This document shows, piece after piece, positions 1-11,897 of a stretch of 64,000 bases of DNA; position 1 is the stretch's first letter; each line of letters opens with the position of its first letter. The position numbers and the translations under genes are program-made. The notes beneath the pieces were generated by a model. The model worked only from the letters and a program-made list of their open reading frames with translations. It was not told the DNA's origin and ran no database searches. Source of the stretch: Massalongia carnosa (Eukaryota); the NCBI GenBank assembly GCA_965645245.1, contig OZ287072.1:1426001-1490000 (forward strand), read 5' to 3'.

Positions 1-909
1 TGGGAATGTCGCGCTTTGAAAGCGAGCCTGCAGTTTCCCTGGCAGGATGTCCAAGCATTTAGCGGAAATCTACGAACCTTCGACGTTGGCCAAATCGGGC
101 TTCGAAAACCAGACCAGCAGCTCCATGACAAACAGAAAGAAAAAGACCAAGAAGCCTGGTTCGAAGCCGTTCAAAAGTACACCGGTCGTGTTCTCACAAA
201 TCCATTGGATGCGCTCCACGCCTTCTCGGGTATTGTGCGCGCCGTACAATCCTGCACACACGACCGCTACCTCGCAGGCCTCTGGAACTCCAACCTCACT
301 CACTGCCTCTGTTGGGCTAGCGGCTGGAGTCCCGTAGGGAGTAACCAAATCTTTGATCCTCAAAGGCCCGAACCGATTACACACGCGCGGCAGTCTGAGT
401 ACCTTGCGCCGTCTTGGTCCTGGGCTTGTATAATAGGCCAGGTGCGCTACGAGTGGTGGGTTTTTCATGCTCTAGATCCTGTTCTGACGCCCAAGACGGC
501 GGGTTTTATCCCACGGATACTGGAAGCGACGATCATTCCAGCGGGGGTGGACGAGTATGGGCAGCTCAAAGGGGGTGTGATTCGGCTTCGGGGGAAGATG
601 AAACCGGCGTGCACGCGTGGCGAAGGATTTACGCGGCAGGACCGCGAAGGTGTGTATGATGTCCATGAAGGGAAGATTAGGGACGTGGGCATGATTCGGT
701 ATGATATCCCATCGGAAGCTCCAGCAGGAGAGATCAAGGCGATTGTTTGTCTTTGCATGATCCCGCGAGCGGAACGATATGGTGACTCTGTCGGACTTGC
801 GTTGGTCCCGACGGGGAGGAAAGACGAGTATCGTCGGGTGGGCTTGGTATTTTCTATTCCCTTGTCTTGGTACGAGGATTGCATAGAAGGGATGATCACG
901 ATTGTTTAG
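1..909 (+). CDS. Heterokaryon-incompatibility (HET) family protein, C-terminal part (5' end outside window)
   Basis: Frame is open from base 1 (WECR...). Motifs typical of the region after fungal HET domains: ALHAFSGI, YLAGLW, YLAPSWSWA, EYRRVGL. The HET domain proper is not in the window. Confidence 0.8.
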   Translation, partial: WECRALKASLQFPWQDVQAFSGNLRTFDVGQIGLRKPDQQLHDKQKEKDQEAWFEAVQKYTGRVLTNPLDALHAFSGIVRAVQSCTHDRYLAGLWNSNLTHCLCWASGWSPVGSNQIFDPQRPEPITHARQSEYLAPSWSWACIIGQVRYEWWVFHALDPVLTPKTAGFIPRILEATIIPAGVDEYGQLKGGVIRLRGKMKPACTRGEGFTRQDREGVYDVHEGKIRDVGMIRYDIPSEAPAGEIKAIVCLCMIPRAERYGDSVGLALVPTGRKDEYRRVGLVFSIPLSWYEDCIEGMITIV

Positions 910-3359
910 GGGAGAGAAAGGCCCACGTAGTTTGCCTGGAGATATGGATCGATGATTGTGAGGTACGAGTATTCATCTCTTTGCTAGATTTAAAGTCTAT
1001 ATACCGTATAACTCCATAACCCTCAGAACATACTGACTTAGCGAACCGCAGCTAACATGACACCACCCAGAACTCCTTTTTTAGGTGTCACTAAGATCAC
1101 GGGCCTCCATCCCTCCCACAAGTAAATAACACTTAACCTAATCCACCTTTTTTACGGTTTGGTTCGCGGGTTTCAATGAGAAACTCGTAGTGGTGGAGAG
1201 AACTGGGGAAGTGCAGAGATATTGATGAGAGGGAGGGTAGCGAGTGAGAGCGGGGGTAGTTTTCCTTTCGTTGCTTGAGTTTGTACGTCTTGAGGATAGG
1301 AAGGTAGGTGGAGGTTTGATTAAAGTAGGTTGACATTATGGTTGGGAGAGACTTTGAATGTTTTTGGTCACTTCTGCATCGCCAAAACTCCTCCACTCGC
1401 AAGCGCTTCCGTTTTAATTTTTTGGTTTTGAATTTCGCATCAATGTCCATCGCGGGCTTTTCTGCTTCCTTTTTTCAAGTTCATAACGTCATTTAGTTTT
1501 CTTCTTCACACTTCATTGTATTTCCTAAGGTAATATCTTTTTCACTAAAAAGAAAAAAAATTGATACCACTAGCTAAGAAGTAGGATGGTAAGTGGTGGG
1601 GGTTGAGGCGTCGTGTTATGTAGCAGACAGGTGGAGAGAGTACATGTTGTCTAGCCGCTTCCGATAGAAAGACGTTTTAAGGAGGGCAGTGGAAGGGAAA
1701 ACAGTGCGTTACGCCAGGCTCTTGACGTTAGCAAACAGCCAGTTGCGCATGCTGGAAAGGGAATTACATGACAGCATCCTGCTCTACAAGGAGTGAGTGG
1801 GTATTGAACCTTTTCGGTCTTCTAGATAGTGCTTATAAAGATATCTAACACACTTGCAGTTTGAAGTTCAATCAGATTCTAGATTATAACTAGGCGATTG
1901 GCGTTCTGCATCCTGCCGCCAGCTAAAGTTAGTTAGCGCCTTGCTGGAGCTTGTGCCTGGAACCATTGTGTCGACTGCGGTCTCCGCGGCTACATGGTAC
2001 CTTCTTTCCTATGGAAAGGGCAGGGGCATTGTTTTCATTGAAGATGCGTATTGCGCGCGTTTCCAAGAAACGAGCATCTTAAAAGAACGAGATTTCTAAG
2101 CCAGAGTTCTCTTGGTCTAAATCACGCTCGTCTCCTTTGTAACGACGTCCACTTCCAAGAGGTACAATCCCCTACTTCTGCCTATGATGGAAAGTTGAGA
2201 GTCTCTGCTAACTTCAGCTGGACGATAGTGTAGCGTTCTCCCAAAATCTTCTCTATTGGGTAGTCAAAGTGAAATCTAATTCAAATGCGTACAAACATAC
2301 TCTCCTCGAGGCAAAAAACAATGGGTTCTAGCTACACGCGCAAGATGCGCCAATATACCCTCATCCCAAGAGTACTCTATGTCCAGCGCTGGGGTTTTAG
2401 CCAATGGGGTCTTGGGGTTGGGAAGAGTGGGAAAATGACTTATAACTGAAAAGGGGAGGAGAATGGATGACGTGTCATCGCTACGGTCTATCGTATGTTT
2501 TGGGGATAAGGGGCGTCTCTCTATACTCTCGGTTATAGATTTACAGTCCTTACATATTTTGCGTCCAACATCTCGGCTCTAGGACGGTTGTTAGGGCGTA
2601 TGGTTATTCGCTCATTCCGCTGTCAATTCAGCATCCTCTTTACTTACCAAATATGGATTTTTCAGCTTCATATACGATCGTTGATTACTTTGACAAGGTT
2701 GTCAGTCAAAGGTAAAAAGGCTGAAGAAGAGAAGTTTGGTACTTATTTCCAATTAAGCTTCTCCCTCTTATCATTTCGTATAGCCCAATATCAGCCGCGA
2801 CGTACCCATCATCATCGTCTATCTACGCTTTTCAAACACCATCTGAATAAAGCCTTATCGAAACTTGCGAAGTAAGATGATGCCTCAAGTACACTCTTGA
2901 TTCGTTGCTTGTCATATAAAAACTTTGGCATTTTATTGGAGCAGAATCCGCCTGTTTTATATTCAGAAAGATCAATTTAAGCCCGAAAAACCATGAAATC
3001 ATACTACCAGTATCGAATACCAATGTAAAACCTTTTTCAGTGAAGAAATTATTTATCTTCATAGGCTCACTGGGCAAAAACGGGCGGACAAATGCTTTCG
3101 TTCAGGGGCGTAAGTCGATTCAGAGTCATAGATCTTAGAAAAGCCAAAATCAATCAAAGCTAAAATATTGATCCCATTACCCTCTCCCCAATTGATCTGA
3201 TAATAGCCCCCTTTCAGTGAATTAGCAGTTACAAGTACGGAGCAATTAAAGTTGCAGCTCTGCACGGATGCCATAAACTCGTCATGAACATTCGAACCTA
3301 TCAATCTTAAAACCGGAGATCGCACGGTCATACTGCCATGATACATCGAAACTATCGTT

Positions 3360-5147
3360 ATGGACTTCGAGGTCTTGTACAGCTTAGACAATGAAGAGCA
3401 GTTCTGGGAGGGTGTGTAAGCCGGCACTTTGACACACTGCGACATCACTGGCTTGCACTAACGCCAAATCCTCAGAACTCGACGACATTGTCTCCGTTCA
3501 ATGCCAGTCCTATGAGCTCATCGACAATGTTTTAAGATCATACTTAGCCTTTACCTCCGAGTATAAAGGTCTGGCATACCCGGTTGCTTACAGGGTGGCC
3601 CGAGGTACTAATACTCGACAGGGGAATACCTTCGAACTGAATATGACTTTGCGCGGTGCTCCTTTAAGCTTCTGGAGTCTCCCGTTTTCGCCAGCCACAA
3701 GGACTATGTACGGATGCAAATCGTCAGTAGTATTCTTCAGGTACTACATTCTCTTCTTTCGCCGGCACAAACGCTGACGATAGGCAAACAGGAAGATTCA
3801 GCTGATACCCTGCACTTGCTAGTCGCGTTCCTTCTTTTCGATGGCCGGCAGAACGAGAAGACGTTTGGGATGATGAACGAGGAAGGTGTTTTCCCCAGGC
3901 TAGTGGAATTAATTCAAGAGGAGAAAGACGACGATACAGGCCTGCATCGTATGCTGCTTCAACTGCTTTACGAGATGTCACGAATTCAACGATTACGAAC
4001 GGAAGATCTAAGTAGGTACCTGGATGAATTCATTCATTGGCAACAGGGACTAATAAACTTAGTATTAATTCAGGACGATTTCATAGCCTACCTATTCAAC
4101 ATTATCGAAGGATTATCCGACGACGTCAACGACCCGTATCACTACCCCGTTATTAGGGTGCTGGTCTGTTTTCGCTTAGATCCAAGGATATAAAACCATC
4201 CAAGCTAATTGCAAATCCCTCCAGCTTATTCTCAACGAGCAATACATGGTCTTAGCAAACGACCCAGGGCCCAACCACCCCCCCACCACCCATCTTACCA
4301 ATAAAGTCATCAAGATCCTTTCTCTGCACGGCTCCGCCTACAAAACTTTTGGCGAAAATATAATTCTCCTTCTCAACCGCGAAAGTAAACTCTGAACTCC
4401 TCTTTCCGTAACCTCCCCCCTCAACTCCGAAAACTAAGACTAACATATTCCCTTTCCTATCCTGGTGTAGGCGAAACCTCCTTGCAGCTCTTAATCCTTA
4501 AGCTCCTCTACCTACTCTTCACCACCCCACCCACATACGAGTACTTCTACACCAATGACCTGCGCGTCCTCGTTGACGTCATCATCCGCAATCTGCTCGA
4601 CCTGCCCATTTCCGCCACCGCCCTCCGCCACACATACCTCCGCGTGCTGTCCCCGCTTCTAGCGCACACCCAGCTACAGTACCCCCCCCACTACAAGCGT
4701 GAGGAGATCCGCCGATTACTGGCGATCATGGTACCCCGCAACGGTGGCGGAGGGGGTGTGGGCGGGCATTTTGGCGCGGTGGACGAGACGACAGAGCGCC
4801 TGGTCGGGCGATGCGGACGCGTGACTTGGCTGGGTGTCGAAGATGACGATAGCAACAGCAACAGCCCCAATAACGGAACGACGACGAAGAACGGCAGCTG
4901 CAGCGGGGGGTTTCTGGCTGTGGAGATGCCACGCGCGATGACGAGCGCGCTAAGCATGGCGGAAGTCACAACACTGAGGGAGAAGCCCGGGGTGCAGACA
5001 CCTAGCTTAGGAAAGGGCGGCAGTCGGTTCGGTAGCGGGTACAATGAAGATGTGGATGGGAATGTGGATGGCGGGGAGGTTGTGGTTGGTGGGGCGAAGA
5101 TCGAAGGGAAAAGCCCCTTTGACGGGGACGATGAGGGGGAGGTGTGA
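3360..5147 (+). CDS. LDB17: Ldb17/SPIN90 (DUF2013) Arp2/3 activator, 7 exons
   Basis: ATG 3360 [23 protein letters not shown]...; six GT-AG introns with branch sites; conserved [68 protein letters not shown]. Confidence 0.88.
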
Positions 5148-6274
5148 AGGCGAGGGCTTTTCCGGCCGATGTGCTGGTCTAATTCGCCTCTCTATCTAGC
5201 ACACTCTTTTATCGTTTCAGCCCACCGAGCAGGGTTCCAGGATTTCTCTACGGGTTCCCTGGTACGAGGAAAACAGGCAAAGAGAAAACTCGATGCTTGC
5301 TTGCTTGCTTGAGATAAAGTACATTGTTTTTCTCTCTCTCCTCCTTTCTCCCCCCTGACTAATTCCTACCCTTCCCTTCCCATCCCTTTCCATCTCCAAA
5401 CCAACGTACCTGCCCTCCCCCCCAAAAACAACCCGTCGGAAAGAATTCATCTCCTATATGCAGGTACAAGGAAGGACATATTCCTTTTCTGGAAGGCTCA
5501 TTCAGTTGTTTTAACTATCGCATCTTTTCTTCTTCTTCTTCTTCTTCTTCCTTTCCCGTTAATTCCCCTCCCCGGTCTTTCATCCTTTTATACCTCTTTC
5601 TCTATCCCTCGTGCAACCAACCCTCCCCCCTTCCGTTTATATACCCTATACCCTATACCCTATATCTCCCTTGTCCATCCTCCCTCTGTTATCTCAGAAT
5701 AGTAGCTTACCGAAGAAGAGTTACTAAGAAGCATGGGGGGAGGAAAAGACGGCGAGGAAAAAAGAAAAGAAAGGATTATGCAACTCACCCTGCTGAGCAT
5801 AAACTTGGCAAACTCGACGTACCCACCTAGGCCTTTTCTAGAATCCAATTTTCACGTTTCGCAAATTTTATGCCTTCAGCAGTCAAATATTTCACAAACT
5901 GAAGAGAAAATAACCCCTTTCATTCAAAGAACAGATCATTCATCATCCTACGTAGGTTCCTTCCCCCCCTGGCCTCCAACTCCCATCCTACTATTCAAAA
6001 TCCACCAAGCCGCCCAGAAAACCACCAATCTCCTCCCTGTAGAATGTATTTTGAAGAAAAAAGAAGAGCGTTTAAAGCCAGAGAGCACTACACCGGGAAA
6101 CCCCCATATGTGCAACGCAACACAAGACTGTGCCGTATGCCACGTAAAAAAGACGTCTGTGTTCGTCTCACAATGTCATTGGTGATGATTCTGTGAATCA
6201 TTCATACTATATCGAAAATAATTCAAGGTGCAGAAAGTACACCGTTTCCATATGCTCTTCGTATTTCCCTACCA

Positions 6275-7724
6275 TCAGGATGATGGTGCATCCCCCAAAA
6301 TGCCCCAATGCTTTTCCGCCTCAAACGTGGCAGCGGAATCTTGTTTCCACAAATCATTAAACGCAGTGTACAAAATGGCGTTCTGGCTCCAAATTTTCTT
6401 GATAGAAGCAATAGCCGCATCGTGGTTTTCCTTGGAGGGGACCGCTTTGTTGTTGGCATTACCTTGCGTGGGCCAGCCTGTCTCGGTCACGACCACGGTT
6501 TTGCCACCGGCCGCTTTCGACACCTGTTGAGCCCAATCAAGCACAAACGGGCCAGCGCCTTCAGGGAGCACGTTGCCGTCGAAAAAAGCGTGGCAATTAA
6601 TCGCGCAAAAATCCGAGGCTTGGCAAAGTTCTGGATTAGCTTTCATAGCGACCATCGTGTCAACGGTGACTACAGGTCCCTTGTAGCCTGCGGCTTTGAG
6701 TGTGGAACGGACTTGGGCGATTGCCGCAGTGACTTGTCCAACAGAAGCTGCACCTTTGTTGACCAGTTCATTGCCAACGCTGACGGTGTTGATGTGGCTC
6801 CAATCGCCCTTGACCGCATCGATGATAATGTTGCATTCGCTTGGTATCTGCGTTAGGTCAAAAATGCCCACAAACAGGGAAACCCCTGTATTCTTGATGG
6901 CAGCCTGCACATTGGCGATTTGGTTACAATCTGTGCCGTACAAACGAATAACGGAAAAGCCAGTGATCAACTTGAAGTCATTCGCTACCTGTGCGGTTGA
7001 TTTGCAGGTGTTGTCGGCATTGTAAGGAGAATATGAAACACCAGAGCTAAATCCGGGTCCACTAGGGCTAAACGGAGTTTTTGGTGGAGCAGGAAGCAAG
7101 GGTACGTTGACGGTCGGCGCACTAGCTGGGGGCTTCAGGGAAGCAGGTGCTGGTGGAGCAAGTGCTGGTGACTCAGATGTCAACGGCGAGGATTGCGATG
7201 GCTCTTGCGCAAATGACAGTTTTGGGGGCGATAGCGCTGGCTGAGATGCTGGTGGCGCGGGTTGATATGCTGGTGGCATGGGTTGAATTTTCGGTGCAGG
7301 CTGGGAGGGAGGCGGGGGTGAAGGTGCGGAATGAGAAGGAGAAGGCGTAGGCTCTGGATTCGGTAGGTTTGAAGCTTTTGGTTTCGAAAACTGAGCCGAC
7401 GTAGATGCTGCGCTACTCATCGGTGTCGTGACAGAACTCTGAGCCTGAGTGGGTATCGCTGGAATGTGGTGAATTGTCTTTGTGGTGACTGGCTTGCCAT
7501 ATCCATCCACGTAAACAATGACGTCCTCAGCATCTACAGTCGTGTATTGAACGTCCGTTACTATCACGACAGCTCGTTTACCGTGTTGACGATGAGCATG
7601 CCCTACAGATTATGTCAGTGAGTGCACGAGAGTGTGCACATTCGGGAGCATTCGTACGATGTGGTTGCGAAACAGCAAGCTGCAGCAGTGCAACGGCAAC
7701 TATGGGGAAGAATCCAGTCTTCAT
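6275..7724 (-). CDS. Secreted GH17 cell-wall beta-1,3-glucanase/transglucosylase (Scw4/Scw10/Scw11-like)
   Basis: Signal peptide MKTGFFPIVAVALLQLAVS, one intron, P/S-rich linker, YSPY..C, IRLYGTDCNQ, catalytic VGNE and TETGWP, final EKHWGI. Confidence 0.9.
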
Positions 7725-8278
7725 GTTGTATAGCGGAAAGAAGTATGTCTGAAGAGACGGTTTGATGTCTTAAGACTGATTTGTCTTGTAAACGAAGGAA
7801 ATCCTGTCACCGTCCTGCGGTATCAGTACAAAGAACCAACTGATAAATGTTGACAATTAAGATCCGAGGAGAGATGGTGAGGTAGATCCATGCGTCTATG
7901 ATAAAACATACACTTTCAAGGCGTTGCTAGGGCGCACAATGAGTAACAATGAAGCTTGAAGCCGCACGGTAATAGCTTGTTGTTGCGACCTCGATCGGTC
8001 TTTGTGATGGTAGCGAGAGTGAAGCTGGCTCGACCAGCTTAGAGGTGAATAAAAGTCCTGCGGCGTAAGACTTCCAAGTCGAAACAATGAAAAGACAGGT
8101 TGGCTAGTGATTCTGTTCGTCCTGCCTGGGGACGATTAGGTTGGCTCTTGTAGTGAAGATATGAGGACAAGTTAAGATCTTCAAGTGACGATGAAACGGT
8201 AAGGAATGTGCATGATGAAGGGGTGCTGTTGAGTCAACCAACGATCATGTTATGCACATGCGATACTTTAACTGCTGA

Positions 8279-8433
8279 TCGAGACGGAGACGGAGACGGA
8301 GACGAACGATGATAAGTAGGGTGATGAAAAAGGAAGGAAGGAGCAGAGGAGACACTTTAAAGAAATGTTGACGTTTATTGCCAGTTGCCAGAGGAGTGAG
8401 GATATGGATATGGATATGGATATGGATATGGAT
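8279..8433. repeat. Hexanucleotide microsatellites (GAGACG)n and (GATATG)n
   Basis: Tandem units read directly at about 8279-8305 and 8399-8433. Confidence 0.85.
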
Positions 8434-8793
8434 ACCTGGATGCTGGATATATAGACGGACACCAGCGAGAATTCAACGATAGCGTAACACAAAACGAAAT
8501 GGAATGAAAATGACAAAATGATAACAAAGTGAAGTTACAGCGCTAAAGCATGAAAATGTTTCATTTTTCCAGGCCTGTACGGGCAGAGTGAGTAAAAAAC
8601 GCCGCCATCGCCAGCGATACAACGACAAAACGATGTTACACTGAACGAGAGGCGGCACCTTCCCAACAAGCGCCGTTTCTCATGTGTGGCGCCCACCTTG
8701 ATATACTTTTATGTTCACCGTGCTCTGTACTGACACGTATACCGAGTACTCCGTACTCGGTACCTGCGCCAGCATGAAAAGCATCCATGGCTT

Positions 8794-8829
8794 AGTCATT
8801 TGACTAGTCATTTGACAAGTCATTTGACA
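8794..8829. repeat. Three tandem copies of AGTCATTTGAC(T/A)
   Basis: Units at 8794-8805, 8806-8817 and 8818-8829. Confidence 0.9.
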
Positions 8830-9496
8830 AGCCAGCACACTGCATCCAATTCATACCTTCCATAATCACTCTTTATCCTGAGCATCTTGTGGTTCACGCA
8901 CAGCTCAACCCCAATCTAGCGACTGCATTCCACAGAAAACCCGAAGTCGGGGACCAAAGGGGCGATGACAAGGTCCAGAAACGAGAAAGCCCCCCGCAGA
9001 GCCGATGCAAGTTTTAATGTTACGCCTTTAAGTTACTCGACGCCCATATGCTGAATGCCCGAACACTGGCGATGTTTGAAAACCGTCGAAGGTCTCGACG
9101 TGCGTCGTGAACATGATCCTTGAAACGGGCGCTTGTCGTCGCGAAAAGGTCAAGTCCCCCAATACCCCTGATCCAGGAACCGGCGGCTTTTCATTCGCTG
9201 GCCTTAGTCAGCCACACTGATCATGTTCCTGCGTCTTTCCTTCCCTGCAGCGCGTGGGGTTCTTCCGGCTTGGCACTGTCCCAAACACAATGGTTTGGTT
9301 ATCGACACTCCCGGGCGTCGAACACCTAGGAGTCCCTTAGCATAGACTATATCTACAAAGGGTAGAAATCGATGTTTTGATGGATTACGAAGATTATTTA
9401 TTGCCGGCGAAGCTCTGTGCAAGGGAAATTGGAAATTGGAAAAAGGAAAAAGGAAAAAGGAAACGGGGTCCAATCCACTAGACGTTATATTTACAC

Positions 9497-11275
9497 TCAT
9501 CCAACGTTTCCCTTTATTTCCTCCGATTGACCACCTTGGTGATGGCGTGCCGAATTACCACCCCCGCCCTCTCCGTCTCTTTCCTCGATAACCCCGTCGT
9601 AACGCACACCTTGAGCGCAGGTTGCAGCTCCCATCCGATATCCTTGGGGGTGGCGTTGATAGCGCGAGGCATGCTCTTCAATCGGGTGATGAGAACCCCA
9701 TTCGCCAAAGTCTATCAAAGATCCGTCAGCGCTACAGCTAGCAGGCAGTATTCAGGGCCCTTTGGGGAGAACCTACCTCGTCCACAATATCCTGCAACAG
9801 CTGCTCTTGGTCGGCCCGCGTAAGCTTCTTGGTCGCGATGACCTCGGGCTTCAGCACCAATAGCATGATAGGGTTTTCCGGAGAGCTGGTACAGTGCACC
9901 CAGTCGCTTCGTGGATCAAGCTGCCCCCACATGGTCTTAATGTTTTCCCGGACTTGGGTCAAGATGTCTGGCATGGTTTGCAACATGAACAGGGCCTCAC
10001 TGGCGGTAGTGGCGAGCATGGCCGGCAAAGCAGCCGAGAAGGTGTAAGCGGCAGCTGATATACGCTGATGCTCCACAATCTCGTCCGACCCAGCGCAGAA
10101 GCCACCACCGGCACATAGCGGACCTGCCAGGGAACCAACGATCATATCGATGGCCAGCGAATCTACGTTCTGCTGTTCGGTTACTCCCCTCCCCGTCCGA
10201 CCCAAAACCCCAAAGGACCAGGTCTCGTCGAGGATGAGACGGAATTTGTAACGAAGCTTGAGTTCTATCTATGGCTGTCACGTTAGCATCAATATTTGGA
10301 ATGCGGAAGGAGATACGCACAATCCGGGGTAGATCCACCGTGTCCCCTATGTTCTCGAATATGCCCTCAGTGATAATGAATCTCCTCGTCAAAGGCTTTT
10401 TTGCCTGCTCTTTGATAACCTTTTCCAACACTCTCTGCAGGTCTTCCATGTCGTTGTGCTCATACCATCTGACTGAGCTCCTTGATATTTGTAACCCTTT
10501 GCGAATCGAGTAGTTGACGGCTTTGTCCGCAACGATGATGTCACCACGTTTGGAAAACGCAGGTATCACGCTCGAGATTGTAGAGAAGGCCTGCGCATAC
10601 AGGATACATGCTGGCACTCCCAGGTGCGACGCGATATCTGCCTCCGTCTTCATGTGAACGTCTTGCGTCCCATAAAAGCCAGGCGGGCCGCAAGGACCCA
10701 CGCCATAGGTCCGGAGAGTCTGAATAGCCTTCTCTTTGAGAGTCTCGTTTGCTACCAGATTGTAGAAGTTGTACGACGCAAGGTTCGTGACTGTCCGCCC
10801 ATTTGAGAGTTTCGACTTGGGCCCGGTAGGTCTGCAATGCATTAGCCTACCGTTGGACTAGAATCGCAACAGATACGTCACTACCGACCCCACAATTACT
10901 GGTCGTTTCTCATTTTCTGCTTCTTCGAACGGAGTCTGCGAGGCTACAAGAGGTTCAGGAGTCCATTCATCCACTAGTTCATCAATCTCCTGCGCGCGCG
11001 CACGTTAGTGCGCTACGATGTATCATAGAACATAAGAAACAAACTTCCTCCGACAATGTCACGTAGCTCTTCCTTTGGGTGGAGTATTTGGGTGCCAGAA
11101 GGTATCGAACAGCGAACAGAAAGAGGAAAAGCTCAACTGCCGAGCGTACGGGGTCATTCTGGTAGCTGGATTTGACGTATCGAAGAAAGATGGCTGAACC
11201 AGGGACTTTTTGAAATTGAACGGACACTTCGTCGAGGATATCGTTAAGCCAACTCTGCGCATCCTGTAGATCCAT
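9497..11275 (-). CDS. LCB1: Serine palmitoyltransferase subunit 1, 5 exons
   Basis: SYQNDPVRSAVE, YGVGPCGPPGFYGTQDVH, PAFSKRGDIIVAD, YTFSAALPAMLA; four canonical introns join the ORF pieces in frame. Confidence 0.95.
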
Positions 11276-11897
11276 AATAAGTAAATTTGGAGATTTGAAG
11301 GGCAGTCACAGAAGGTTCTGTGTCCAGCCAGCCAAAGCATAAGTGTGATCTACGGAGGAATCAATTTAGCTAAATGGCTCGTACACAGTAGTTATCAGAA
11401 GTCAGTGAGTCATACAGATCAATCCTGTTGCCTCTTCACTTTATCAGGCATGTTTTCTGTATGCGGGCAACTACTTATCTTCAGGTTGACATTTAGAAAG
11501 CGGGTTGATATAGCATGAATATTTTTAAGGGGTTACGAGATTATGATAAACTTGACATTGCAAACATTTTGTATAATTTCTAAAATGCTACTTGTGATGC
11601 TCAACAATGAGCTCCCCCCCCCTAAAACTATCCGTCAAGGGTATGTTGCATGAAAAGGTAATTCGTGTAATAGACACAAAAGGAGTGGAAACTACCTCTA
11701 TCCCTTACGCCCTGTTACCCACCTGATGAGTTAAGCAGACGCAGGATCCGGTGAAATGCTGGTCATTAGCGTTTGCCGTATACAGCGACGAAGTAAAACC
11801 CGACTCGGATTTCGAGTATTTGTACAGCGCGAGAGCCTAAGTGGCTTCAGTTGATTTTCCATGAGAATCTGGATGGTTCGGATGGTTATATAACATA

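Noticed and set aside
2952..3070. Box C/D snoRNA-like arrangement with ~10-nt complementarity to LSU rRNA (GUGAAGAAAUU)
   Set aside because: Box C is non-consensus (ATGAAGA), there is no terminal stem, and the putative D box is only 11 nt from the acceptor.
3059..3448. Minus-strand ORF with kinase-like LIDFGFSK and YAPE
   Set aside because: No HRD, VAIK or Gly-loop; it overlaps LDB17 exon 1, and the DFG falls in a probable intron-like segment.
5217..6185. ORFs between LDB17 and GH17, and the many antisense ORFs over real genes
   Set aside because: Low-complexity or microsatellite-derived, or shadows of coding strands; no motifs.
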